From Thiotrichaceae bacterium UBA4486 (GTDB lineage Bacteria > Pseudomonadota > Gammaproteobacteria > Eutrophobiales > Eutrophobiaceae), in the NCBI GenBank assembly GCA_002389045.1, contig DGNS01000009.1, positions 381,975 to 445,974 on the forward strand: a stretch of DNA of 64,000 nt. The letters are read 5' to 3'. The translations under genes and the position numbers were made by a program. Shown one piece after another: positions 19,619 to 30,000 of this stretch. How positions within the stretch are numbered: the first letter of the stretch is position 1; each line of letters begins with the position of its first letter. The notes under the pieces are model-generated. The model made no database searches. It was not told the DNA's origin and saw nothing but the letters and a program-made list of their open reading frames with translations.

Positions 19619-20554
19619 TTACAGCAGTTGCACCGAATACAGGTGTAATTCCCTGGTTTCCGGTAAATCGACCGTAAAGCATCCCAGTCCCCCCACCTGC
19701 GCCAGGTCGAGTCTGCGGCCGGCCGGTGCTGCGGCCACATCATCCAGCGGTATCGTGATGGTATTGTTGCCGGGCACGATGCGAAAGCTGCGATTAAAGC
19801 GGTCGCTGTATTCCTCGTCACCATCGCTGTGCACGATGTCATGTATACGGCAGGTCAGATCCAGTGCTCTATTTTCAGGATTGACAATGCGGATCTGTAA
19901 CGAACTGTAACCACGCCAGTCACGGGGAAAATAGTTCATGGCAAAGCCTGAATACCGGTCGGTGCCATGCAGCAGTTTCAACCCGGTTTCATTATTGTCA
20001 TGGACAAGTCCGGCAACGGCGTCACCATGGATGCGTGTGATCGCGACAGGCATGGAGAATTCCAGCAACACGGGAAACTGCTGTCGCGCCATCATGTCAT
20101 CATATAAATGGATGATGCCGGTTCGATTGTGCCAGGCGATAATCAGGCAAACGCCGAACAACCAGGCAATCAGCGGCACGACAGCGGTTCTCCGGTGGAT
20201 TCCCGTATACACAACAAAAGCCAGTACACTGCCAAGAACATCGTTGATGACATCCGCCACTTCGGCCTGACGCCCGAGGGGCACCTGCAGGTATTCGATC
20301 AGCACACCCGATACCAGCGCCGCGAGTACACAGATCAGCAGACGCAGCGGCCAGCGCAAGGCCGCCAGGCGGGAAAACGTTTGCAAAGCAAGGAGTGTCC
20401 AGAGAAAAAAGGCAAACAGGTGACCCAGATTCCACAGGGCCTTGAAACTTCGGGAGGCATAGGGCCCGGCCTGACCGGCAAAGAGCAGGACCAGAACGAC
20501 CACGCACAACAGCAACAGCGCAATGCTGACTCCCCGGGCGTGAACCGTTTTCAT
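19619..20554 (-). CDS. VanZ-like membrane protein with C-terminal soluble domain (tentative)
   Basis: four N-terminal TM helices with VanZ-like LIEYLQ motif region; 180-aa C-terminal extension of unknown fold. Confidence 0.4.
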   Translation of the reverse strand: MKTVHARGVSIALLLLCVVVLVLLFAGQAGPYASRSFKALWNLGHLFAFFLWTLLALQTFSRLAALRWPLRLLICVLAALVSGVLIEYLQVPLGRQAEVADVINDVLGSVLAFVVYTGIHRRTAVVPLIAWLFGVCLIIAWHNRTGIIHLYDDMMARQQFPVLLEFSMPVAITRIHGDAVAGLVHDNNETGLKLLHGTDRYSGFAMNYFPRDWRGYSSLQIRIVNPENRALDLTCRIHDIVHSDGDEEYSDRFNRSFRIVPGNNTITIPLDDVAAAPAGRRLDLAQVGGLGCFTVDLPETRELHLYSVQLL

Positions 20555-20570
20555 GGCAGGGCGACGGCTG

Positions 20571-21026
20571 TCAGGTGATTTGCCTGTTGTCCTCCTCGGT
20601 CTTGCCGGCGCGGCTGTAGCCGTCGTCCTGACGCTTGATATTGACCGCGTGTTTTTGTGTGTAAACGTCGAAGACTTTCTCCGGCGTCAGGCCCGCGCAG
20701 ATCATTGCCGAGACCAGGAAATGCAGCATATCGATCAATTCCACGCGAATATTCTGCAAATCAATATCGTCACGGCTCCACCATTTCCATAACAGTTCCT
20801 CGTCGAGTTCATTCAGTTCGTCCCGCATCGCCTTGGCATAGCGGGCAAGCCACTGGTTGGGCAAGCCGTTGGCGCCCAGTTCACCCCGGTTCACGGCATC
20901 GAAAATCGCCGCCATGGTCAGGGGCGTGCCATCCGGGCCGGCAATCCGGTTGTTCTCGAACACATAATCATTCAACTGCGTTTGCATGCTGAATATCCGG
21001 CTTAACATATCGTCTTGTTCACTCAT
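20571..21026 (-). CDS. all-alpha NTP pyrophosphohydrolase, dimeric dUTPase/MazG-like (dUTPase_2 family)
   Basis: LNELDEELLWKWW and MLHFLVS motifs typical of dUTPase_2/MazG-like proteins. Confidence 0.55.
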   Translation of the reverse strand: MSEQDDMLSRIFSMQTQLNDYVFENNRIAGPDGTPLTMAAIFDAVNRGELGANGLPNQWLARYAKAMRDELNELDEELLWKWWSRDDIDLQNIRVELIDMLHFLVSAMICAGLTPEKVFDVYTQKHAVNIKRQDDGYSRAGKTEEDNRQIT

Positions 21027-21042
21027 GATCGGTATCCTGGAA

Positions 21043-21369
21043 TTATTTTGCGCAATGAATGCAGAACGGATTGGATGGATCCAGTTTCAGGCGTTCGATA
21101 CTGATTTCCTCGTCACAGGAGACACAGATCCCGAATTCACCCCTTTCGATTTTTTGCAGCGCCTGGTCGATCCGCGCGAGTTCAAGTTCGCGACGGCGTT
21201 GCGCTTCGCGGGACATGGCCTGGGATTGCATGGCATCCATCCTCGACAAACGTCCGACACGGGTTTGATCCAGTTCGACTACACCCGCCGCCTCATCACC
21301 GGTTTTGCGGATCAATTCGATGGCCTGCCTGCGTTCCATGAGGACGGATTTAAAGTATTCTGAATCCAT
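21043..21369 (-). CDS. DksA/TraR family C4-type zinc-finger protein
   Basis: C-terminal CVSCDEEIS...FCIHC 4-Cys finger. ATG at 21369 with GGAGAA RBS. The longer 218-aa ORF-track call is an upstream over-extension. Confidence 0.75.
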   Translation of the reverse strand: MDSEYFKSVLMERRQAIELIRKTGDEAAGVVELDQTRVGRLSRMDAMQSQAMSREAQRRRELELARIDQALQKIERGEFGICVSCDEEISIERLKLDPSNPFCIHCAK

Positions 21370-21441
21370 CAGGATTCTCCGTGATATTCTGGGCACCGAG
21401 TATAACCTAATCACCGGACCGGGTTTACCGCTCCGGCATTT

Positions 21442-22348
21442 ATCACAACCGATGATTGACAAACGTTTTCTGGTACACGGTTTTTTGCCGGCCATTGCCG
21501 CAGCGTGCAGTTTTGCCGTGATGGCCGGGCTCGTCAAAATGGCCTCGGCGGAAGTTCCGCTGCCGGTGCTGGTGTTTCTGCGCAACCTGGCCGGCCTGGC
21601 CATCATCCTGCCCGTTGTGCTGCCACGGGGCCGCCAGTACCTGAAAACAAAAAAGCTGAAAATGCATATGTTTCGAAGCCTGATCAGCCTGTGCGCCATA
21701 ACCAGCTTTTTTTATGCCCTCGGTCATATCGGTCTGGCGGAAGCCTCTCTGCTCAATGCCACGTCACCGTTATTTATCGGTATCCTGGCGACGTTAATTC
21801 TTGGTGAATCCCTGAATCGCGCCCTGGTGTTGTCACTTCTGACCGGTTTTATCGGCGTCACGCTGATCCTGAAACCGGGTACCGAGCTGTTCACGCTTGC
21901 CGCCCTGGCCGGACTGGCTTCCGGTTTTTTTATAGCCTGTGCAAAAATTATTATCCGTTACATGGCCAGCACCGAACCTGTTTTACGCACAGTCTTTTAT
22001 TTCAGCCTGCTCACGACCATTTACTCCGCTGTGCCCCTGCTCTGGCTGTGGCAGACACCATCACCCCGGACGTTCATCATCATGGTACTGGCCGGTATGA
22101 CCGCCACGCTGGGTCAGACTTTCCTGACCTACGCGTATACCCATAACCGGGCCGTAAAGGTTGCGCCGTTTACCTATGTAACCGTACTCATCGCCGCCCT
22201 GATCGGCTGGTGGATATGGAAGGAAATTCCCGATGCCGGCTCCAGCATCGGCGCCCTGCTGGTGATTACGGCGTGCCTTGTCATTACCCTGGAAGGCAAA
22301 CCGCTCATTGCCTGGAGGAAACAACCGCCACCGGCGGCAAGAGATTGA
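21442..22348 (+). CDS. EamA/DMT-family transporter
   Basis: 10-TM duplicated EamA architecture; start at ATG 21442 (MIDKRF), divergent from the DksA-like gene. Confidence 0.75.
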
Positions 22349-22393
22349 CAATCGTCCTGCGCTACCGACGATTCAATGCTGCACCGGCAAGAT

Positions 22394-22503
22394 TTGTGGT
22401 GAACGTTTTCTCGCCGTAGTCGCCAGATACATGATGTTCAGGAATGATTGATGACCATGACAGCCGCTGACCGGGCCGTATTTCCATACCGCATTTTTAT
22501 GCT
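22394..22503 (+). repeat. copy A of a ~110-nt repeated intergenic element (second copy at 35334-35445, ~86% identical, same orientation)
   Basis: shared core ttttctcgccgtRgtcgccagRtRcatKatgttcaggaa..attgatgacc..gacagccRctgaYcggg..gtatttcYaYaccgcatttttatgct. Confidence 0.8.
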
Positions 22504-22557
22504 GACAATCCATATATAATAGGCAGTTCATGAGCACGCAGACACAGAACCCGGCCA

Positions 22558-23382
22558 ATGAAAGTAGATTTACACACGCATAGCACACGATCGGACGGCA
22601 GTCTCGACCCGCCCGGCCTGGTCATGCTGGCGCAACAGCGGCGTATTGATATGTTATCCATCACCGATCACGATACCATCGCCGCCTACCGGGATATTGA
22701 TGTCCCCAAGCTATCCGGAATCAGGATTATCGCCGGTATCGAGTTCTCAACCACATGGCGTGGCGTCGGCATCCATATCCTCGGACTCAATATTGATCTT
22801 GATAACCGGGAACTGCAACGCGGTGTTGATCAACAACTGGCCGCCCGTGAACAACGCGCCGTTGAAATCGCCCGCCGCCTGCAAAAGAAACTCGATATTG
22901 ACGACCCGCTGCCTGCGGTCAGGGCCATTGCCGGTCACGGCAATATCGGGCGACCGCATTTTGCCCGCCACCTGGTCAACAACGAGATCACCAAAAGCAT
23001 GGATGTCGCGTTTCATAAATACCTGGGGTCGGGGAAGATAGGTGATGTCCGGGAATCCTGGGCGGATCTGGCCAGTGTTACCCGGTGGATCACGGTCGCC
23101 AACGGAACGGCTGTTCTCGCCCATCCACTCAAGTACAAGCTGACGCGCACGCGCCTGCTGGAATTGCTGGATGATTTTACCGGAGCAGGCGGCAGCGGCA
23201 TGGAAGTGGTTAACGGTCAGCAGAACGAGGAGCAAACCCTGAAACTGGCAAAGATCTGCAACGCCCGCGGCTTGCTTGCTTCCTGCGGTTCGGATTTTCA
23301 TAATATGGAATCAGGCTGGTCCGCCATGGGATCGTATTCGAAGCTGCCGGATTCGTGCACGCCTGTCTGGAGTTGCTGGTAA
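22558..23382 (+). CDS. trpH: PHP-domain phosphoesterase (TrpH/YciV, RNase AM family)
   Basis: MKVDLHTHSTRSDGSL...ITDHDT PHP motifs, 274 aa. Confidence 0.85.
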   Translation: MKVDLHTHSTRSDGSLDPPGLVMLAQQRRIDMLSITDHDTIAAYRDIDVPKLSGIRIIAGIEFSTTWRGVGIHILGLNIDLDNRELQRGVDQQLAAREQRAVEIARRLQKKLDIDDPLPAVRAIAGHGNIGRPHFARHLVNNEITKSMDVAFHKYLGSGKIGDVRESWADLASVTRWITVANGTAVLAHPLKYKLTRTRLLELLDDFTGAGGSGMEVVNGQQNEEQTLKLAKICNARGLLASCGSDFHNMESGWSAMGSYSKLPDSCTPVWSCW

Positions 23383-23704
23383 TTCAATCCTGATTATCAC
23401 TGTTGCAGGACCGGGCAGGGCAAATCAGGCATTTCGATCTGCGGGTAATTGTGTGACTTCCACTACGTGTCCCCGATCCTGTTTTCCTTATATCTACTTA
23501 AAATACAATAACCTGTGAAGTTACTGCCCGGGTATCGTCTGCACGTGATAGATTAATACTATTGTCTTGATATATATAATTTAATTTATATATAGCTCAT
23601 AATTGCCTATTATCGCATTCAATCCATGGCCGACTGGTGAAGTCACCGGCCAAATCGAGAATTTTTAACCATTCACACATACACGTAAATTTTAAGGAGA
23701 TACC

Positions 23705-24448
23705 ATGTTAAACAGTAAAGAAGGTCAAAGAGTACCCGAAGTTACCTTTCGTACCCGACGTGAACACGAGTGGGTCGATGTAACGACTGCGGACATCTTC
23801 AAGGGTAAGACCGTTGTTGTATTTTCACTTCCGGGTGCATTTACACCGACGTGTTCATCATCCCACGTGCCACGTTACAACCAGCTCGCTCCCGTGTTCA
23901 AGGCCAACGGTGTTGATGAGATCGTCTGCATTTCAGTCAATGACGCCTTCGTCATGAACGAATGGAAAATCGACCAGAATGCCGATCGCATCACCTTTCT
24001 GCCGGACGGCAACGGCGAGTTTACCGAAGGCATGGGCATGCTGGTCGACAAGAACGACCTCGGCTTCGGTAAACGCTCCTGGCGTTACTCCATGCTGGTA
24101 AAAGACGGCGTGGTGGAAAAAATGTTCATCGAGCCGGAAGTTCCGGGCGATCCGTTTGAAGCCTCTGATGCCGATACCATACTGAATTACATCGCGCCCG
24201 ATGCCAACAAGCCCATGGACGTGACCGTGTTCAGCCGCAAGGGTTGCCCCTTCTGCGTCAAGGCCAAGGCACAATTGCAGGAAGCCGGCATCGAGTACGA
24301 GGAACTGGTTCTCAACGAGGACTACACCGACCGCACACTGCGCGCGGTTGCCAATGCCACGAGCTTCCCGCAGGTGTTCATCAACGGCGAACACATCGGT
24401 GGCTCGGATGAAGTGGAAAAATGGCTGGCCGGCAGGGCCGCTGCCTGA
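23705..24448 (+). CDS. pgdX: peroxiredoxin (Prx5-type) / glutaredoxin hybrid protein
   Basis: N-terminal [11 protein letters not shown] peroxidatic Cys, C-terminal glutaredoxin GCPFCVKAK...[16 protein letters not shown]. Confidence 0.85.
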   Translation: MLNSKEGQRVPEVTFRTRREHEWVDVTTADIFKGKTVVVFSLPGAFTPTCSSSHVPRYNQLAPVFKANGVDEIVCISVNDAFVMNEWKIDQNADRITFLPDGNGEFTEGMGMLVDKNDLGFGKRSWRYSMLVKDGVVEKMFIEPEVPGDPFEASDADTILNYIAPDANKPMDVTVFSRKGCPFCVKAKAQLQEAGIEYEELVLNEDYTDRTLRAVANATSFPQVFINGEHIGGSDEVEKWLAGRAAA

Positions 24449-24467
24449 ACCCCGGGCGTTGAAAAAC

Positions 24468-24499
24468 AAAGGCGGGCATGAAGCCCGCCTTTTTTATTG
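24468..24499. terminator. bidirectional rho-independent terminator between convergent genes
   Basis: aaaGGCGGGCatgaaGCCCGCCttttttatt; A-run on one side, T-run on the other. Confidence 0.8.
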
Positions 24500-24525
24500 T
24501 CCATACCGTGAACCCGGTTTCATGC

Positions 24526-25056
24526 TCATTCCGGTTTTTCCGTTGTTGGCAGAAATCCGGCCCGGGTTACGGATATTTCGGCCAGCAGCCCCGTCGTCTG
24601 CCGTAACCTGAGACTGATGATCTGGGCGATTTTCCACAGCAACCTTACCCCGAGTGCGCACTGATCGTGGACCAGGTCCCTGAAATCCTCACGGCTCATT
24701 AACAGCACCACGGAATCGCTGGCGGCAATGGCCGATGCGGACAGCGGTTTGCCGTCCACTATACCCATCTCGCCTATTGTGCCCCCGGCCAGAATATCGG
24801 CAATTTTCATATGCTCGTTGGGCGTGGTTTCCTTGAATATGGAAATGTTGCCCTCAACCAGGAAACACAGGCTCGCCGTGGCGCTGCCCTCCTTGAAGAT
24901 ATAGGCGCCGACCGGTGCTGAATAGGCCTTGACCCAGTTGGCAATAAATTCGATATCACCCGGGCTGAAATCCGCAAAAAAATCCGTTTTCTGAATCAGT
25001 TTACAGGTGGTTTCCCTGAATGAATCTCCTCCACCCAGTAACAAGAGCTCACTCAT
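24526..25056 (-). CDS. cyclic-nucleotide-binding domain protein (stand-alone cNMP-binding domain, no HTH)
   Basis: FKEGSATASLCFLVEGNISIF...GEMGIVDGKPLSASAIA cNMP-binding beta-roll. The likely start is the internal MSELLLLGGG; the ORF track extends further, to 25182. Confidence 0.65.
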   Translation of the reverse strand: MSELLLLGGGDSFRETTCKLIQKTDFFADFSPGDIEFIANWVKAYSAPVGAYIFKEGSATASLCFLVEGNISIFKETTPNEHMKIADILAGGTIGEMGIVDGKPLSASAIAASDSVVLLMSREDFRDLVHDQCALGVRLLWKIAQIISLRLRQTTGLLAEISVTRAGFLPTTEKPE

Positions 25057-25342
25057 AATATATGTTCCCCGCCCGGTGTTGGTGTCGTTACAGGGCCCGC
25101 TTTTCACGGCAGTGCAGCGGTGATTCATGTCCCGGGTAACCAGGGTCCGCGGCATTAACAGCCGGAAAGGGCTTGCAGACACTATAGACTATATACCCGC
25201 CGGAATCCCGCAGTTGATCCAGGTAACCTTGTTGTGGAATTCGTTATTAAGCAGTGACCGGACTCGCAATGATACGCTGTTTTCCATGTCCATGGCCCGG
25301 GTTCCGGTATCTGATCAAACTCAGTAACAGGAAAATACCGGA

Positions 25343-26578
25343 TCAGTTTTGCTCAATCAACGTTTCCGCCTTGCGGGTCAATTCGGCAAGATCCGCTTCG
25401 CTAAATTTTCGAGCTAGTTTCACCAGCGCCTTGTTCGCCGGTTTGACTCCGGCTTTGGAAGCCGCATAAAGCCACTGGTAGGCCTCGTGTAGATCCTTGC
25501 CCGTACCCTTGCCGGTGTACAACATCATGCCGCAATAATAGCGTGCCGGCCTGGATCCGTTTTTCGCGGCTTTTAATATACATGCATAGGCTTTTTCCGG
25601 ATCCGCTTCAACACCGTCACCGGCCATGTACATTTTACCGAGGGCAAACTGGGCACGGGCATAATCCTGTTCAGCGGCCTGACGCATCCATTTAACAGCG
25701 CGATCCTTATTCACCTTGAATACACGGCCCTTGTGATAGCACCTGGCCAGCACGTAGCAGGCTTTTACATAGCCCTGTTCCGCTGCCGCCTGCAGCCACA
25801 GTTTTGCCGATTCCCGGTTTTTGGTAACACCCTTGCCCTTCAGGTAAAGCAAGCCGAGATCGTATTGCGCGCGGTCATAGCCACTCTCGGCCGCGCGTGT
25901 GCACCAGTGAACCATTTGTTCCATGTCTTTGGGAACGCCACGGCCCTGCTCATACATGAGCGCCAGGTTATACATGGCCTTGTGATAGCCGGTTTCCGCG
26001 GCCTTGCGAAAAGCCTCGACCGCCTCGATGTCATTACGCGGCGTGCCCTCACCCGCCGCCAGCAACATGCCCATGTGCAACAGGGCCCTGCTGTTGCCCT
26101 GTTTTGCCGCCTTGCGATACCAGCGCAAGGCTTCCTCGACATCGGCATCCACGCCGATGCCGATCTCGTACATATAGCCGACGTTGTAACGTGCCCCGCT
26201 ATGACCCCGTTGCGCCGCGCGCAGATACCACTTCCAGGCTTTCTGGTGGTTACGGGGGATCCCCATGCCTTCCTGGTACATCCAGCCGATGTTGGCAAGC
26301 GCGGAGGCATCGTCCTGGTCTGCGGCTTTCTTAAACCAGCCCAGGGCTTTTTCCAGGTTCCTGTCGACACCGATGCCGTTCAGGTACATTTCGCCAAGCC
26401 GCGACTGCGCCCTGGACGATCCCTGCTTCGCTGCCTCGATGAACCAGCGGGCCGCCAGACCGTAATCACGGTTGATGACTTCACCGCTTTCATACAATCC
26501 GGCCAGTGTCAGTTGTGCCGTGATATCGCCGCTTTTGGCGCGCTGGTCAAGATCGGCGATGTGTTGCTTGTCGTACAT
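25343..26578 (-). CDS. Sel1-repeat (TPR-like) protein
   Basis: about 10 tandem ~36-aa repeats of the form A..W..KAA.QG...A...LG.MY..G.GV..D. Confidence 0.85.
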   Translation of the reverse strand: MYDKQHIADLDQRAKSGDITAQLTLAGLYESGEVINRDYGLAARWFIEAAKQGSSRAQSRLGEMYLNGIGVDRNLEKALGWFKKAADQDDASALANIGWMYQEGMGIPRNHQKAWKWYLRAAQRGHSGARYNVGYMYEIGIGVDADVEEALRWYRKAAKQGNSRALLHMGMLLAAGEGTPRNDIEAVEAFRKAAETGYHKAMYNLALMYEQGRGVPKDMEQMVHWCTRAAESGYDRAQYDLGLLYLKGKGVTKNRESAKLWLQAAAEQGYVKACYVLARCYHKGRVFKVNKDRAVKWMRQAAEQDYARAQFALGKMYMAGDGVEADPEKAYACILKAAKNGSRPARYYCGMMLYTGKGTGKDLHEAYQWLYAASKAGVKPANKALVKLARKFSEADLAELTRKAETLIEQN

Positions 26579-27083
26579 GGCGGGTTGCGACTGGTGCGTT
26601 CAAGCTGAATTTTCTGCCCTGGCCGGAGAAAAGGGAAGCGGATTAAGCATTCATTCCGTGAACCATGCACGAATAACAGCACGGACAGGCAAAAAATCCC
26701 GCCTGCCTGATTATCATTGACGGAGGTTTATCCTCTAATCAAAGGCAAAATCGCTTGCGTCATGAATCCATTTTGGATGTTGCGTTGCAGTATGCAGAAA
26801 TGATTGCCCGGGTGCACGAATGAACTATGCTTGTCATAATGGCCATGCAGGGAAAGCCGGATATCAGGTAATCACCGCTGCCTTGCGAACAACCGATTTC
26901 AGCGGGAAAGGCTGGATTTATAATCAGATGTAACCGTAAGGAGATTGTCTATGACGGAATGCGGGTTGAAGTCCGTGCGCAGGGATTCGGTGTTTTACCC
27001 ATGATATTGATGCCGTTGAAATCATCCCCGCAGTCAGGGTACCGCCGGAGTAATCGTTTTCTTACCTTATCCAGGCCACACTC

Positions 27084-30000
27084 TTGACTACACGCATGCC
27101 CACCGACCATGGTACGGCAGCAGCCGCCGATGACAGCCGTTTTCGAAGCCTGATCGAAAACAGTAACGATGTCATTTCCCTCGTCGATCGTACCGGCACG
27201 ATCCTCTACAGTTCGCCCTCGGTATACGGGGTTCTCGGTTACGACCCCGATCAACGCCCCGGCCAAAGCATTTTCGAAAACATTCATCCGGAGGATCGGC
27301 CGAGACTGGAAGAAGTCTTCAAACGCTTGCTCAGCGAACCAGGACAGTCCATTCATGCAATCACCCGCTACCAGCACCGCGACGGTCACTGGCTATGGAT
27401 GGAAGGCAGCGCTAAAAACCTGCTCGAAGATCCCGATGTCAGGGCGATTGTCGTCAACTACCGGGACATTACCGAACGCAAGCAAGCCGAGGATAAACTG
27501 GCGGCAAACGAGCAGCGGCTGAGCGTCCTCATGGAGAACCTGCCGGGAATGGTTTACCGCTGCAGGAATGACCCGGACTGGTCCATGGAATTCATGAGTT
27601 CCGGTTGTGTTGATCTCACCGGTTACAGTGCGGATGACTTTCTGTCCGGTCGCATTCGCTATCACGATATCATCCATCCGGATGACCGGGATCGGGTCTG
27701 GAACGAGGTTCAGGATGCGCTGGCCGGCAAGACGCGATTCAGGATTGAGTACCGTATTCGCACGGCAACCGGTGAGGAAAAACAGGTATGGGAACAGGGC
27801 TGTGGAATTTGGGAAAGCAATGCGGATGTACTCGCGCTTGAAGGCTTCATTACCGATGTAACAGAACGCAGGAAAATAGAAGACGAGCTCCGGACCAAAA
27901 CTCGTGATCTGAACGAGCGGGTCAAGGAAATCACCTGCATCAATATCATCAGCGCCATATTTGATGAACCGGGCAGCAGCCTTGATGAACAGATTGAAAG
28001 GGTTGTTAACACCATTCCGGATGCAATGCAGTATGCGGAGATTTCCTGTGCGAGGATCGGTCTTGATGATAAAACTTTCTCTACAACCAACTTCGATCAC
28101 CCGGTTGCAACTCTATCCCGGGATATCGTTGTAAATAAAACTGCAATCGGAACAATCGACATCGGTTATCTCGAACAACGTCCGGGAACGGATACGGATC
28201 CTTTCCTTGACGAGGAAAAAGATCTGGTCAGTATCATTGCCAGCAAACTGGCGCAGCATCTTGAGAACAAGCGTATCGAGCAGGAACTGGTTGAATCAGA
28301 GCGTTTCGCCAACGCCACTATCAACGGGCTTTCCGCCCACATAGCCATCATTGACAGGACCGGCACTATCCTGCATATCAACCGGGCCTGGAAACAGTTC
28401 GCCGAGAATAATTCCACGGAAATCCGTGCCCTGTGTACCGGGGCTAATTATCTCGATGTTTGCGACAGGGCCTCCAGGCTTGCCGGCGATACCATTGCAG
28501 CACAATTTGCCGATTGCATCCGTTCGGTGCTGGCCGGCGAGATCTCCGAATTCGTTCTTGAGTATCCCTGTCATTCGCCCGAAGAACAACGCTGGTTCCA
28601 GGGCCGGATCACGCCGTTCCCCGGCGAGGGCCCGGCAAAAGCCATTGTTGCCCATGAGAACATCACCGATCGCAAACTCAGTGAGGCCGCACTGGGCGCC
28701 AGCGAGGAGCGATTACGGCTGGCGCTGGACGCAGCCCACATGGGCACGTTCGACTGGGACATCCGGAAAAATCACATCACCTGGTCACGCTGGCACGAAG
28801 AACTCTGGGGATATGAATCCGGTGAGTTTGACGGTACCTATGAGGCCTTTGAACAGCGCATACATCCGGATGATCTTCCCGGGATCAACGCGGATATCGA
28901 ACGCTGCATAGACACGCATGTGCCTTTTATTCGTGAATTCCGGGTTGTCTGGCCGGACGACAGTATACACTGGATCCAGGCCCGGGGTGAATTCACTTAC
29001 CCCGCAGATGATTCCGCCGACCGTATGCGCGGTGTGGTCATTGAAATCACCGAACGAAAACAAACCGAGCAGGCCCTGCGCCGTGAACACGATTTTTCCA
29101 ATGCGCTGCTGAACAGTCTTCCCGGTATTGTCTATTGCTTTGACGAAAACCTGAATTTCCTGCGTTGGAACAGAAATTTTGAAAACATCAGTGGTTACAC
29201 CGGTGAAGAGATCGCCAACAGCCGGCCTCTGGACTTTTTCTCAGGCGACGACCGGGAACTGATCCGGCGGTGTATCGGGGAAGTATTCGAAAAGGGTCAG
29301 GCCGAGACTGAAGCCGGCTTCGTAAGCCAAGATGGCAAGGTTATACCCTACTATTTTACCGGCATGCACGCCGATATCGGCGGGAAAACCTGCCTCGTGG
29401 CCGTCGGCATTGATATTACCGCTATCAGGCAAAAGGATGAGGCCCTAAGGATCAGTGAAGCCCAGCTTTCCAACGCGCTGGAAATCGCCCGGGCCGGATA
29501 TTGGGAATACGATGTCGCCACGGATCGGTTTACATTCAACGATCATTTCTATGCCATATTCCGCACCTCCGCCGAGCGTGAGGGCGGTTACAGCATGTCT
29601 CCGGCCGAATACGCCGGCAGGTTTGTACACCCGGACGACAGGGATGTAGTCGACAGGGAAGTCAAAGCCGCCCTGGAAACCACGGATCCGGATTTCACCC
29701 GTGAACTTGAACACCGGGCCATCTTCGCCGACGGCGAAACCGGTTACATTGCCGTACGGGTATTCATAAAGAAGGATGACTCCGGGAAAACCGTCAAAAC
29801 CTACGGCATCAACCAGGACATCACGCAACGCAAGGAAGCGGAGCAGCGCCTGACCCTGCTAAATTTCGCCCTTAACCATGCGAGTGAGGCCAGCTACCTG
29901 ATGGACAGGCAGGGCCGCTTCCTGGATGTCAACAGGGAAGCCTGCCGTGCACTGGGTTATACACGGGATGAGTTACTGGCAATGAAGGTCTTTGACATTG

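Noticed and set aside
21305-21441. Longer 5' extensions of the EamA gene (from 21305) and the DksA-like gene (to 21699) in the ORF track
   Set aside because: The extensions overlap each other on opposite strands and lack family similarity. Internal ATGs at 21442 and 21369 (the latter with a GGAGAA RBS) give the canonical protein lengths.
25733-26608. 291-aa + strand ORF and other ORFs overlapping the Sel1-repeat gene
   Set aside because: The - strand Sel1 reading has regular conserved repeats; the overlapping frames give Arg/Ala/Pro-rich nonsense.
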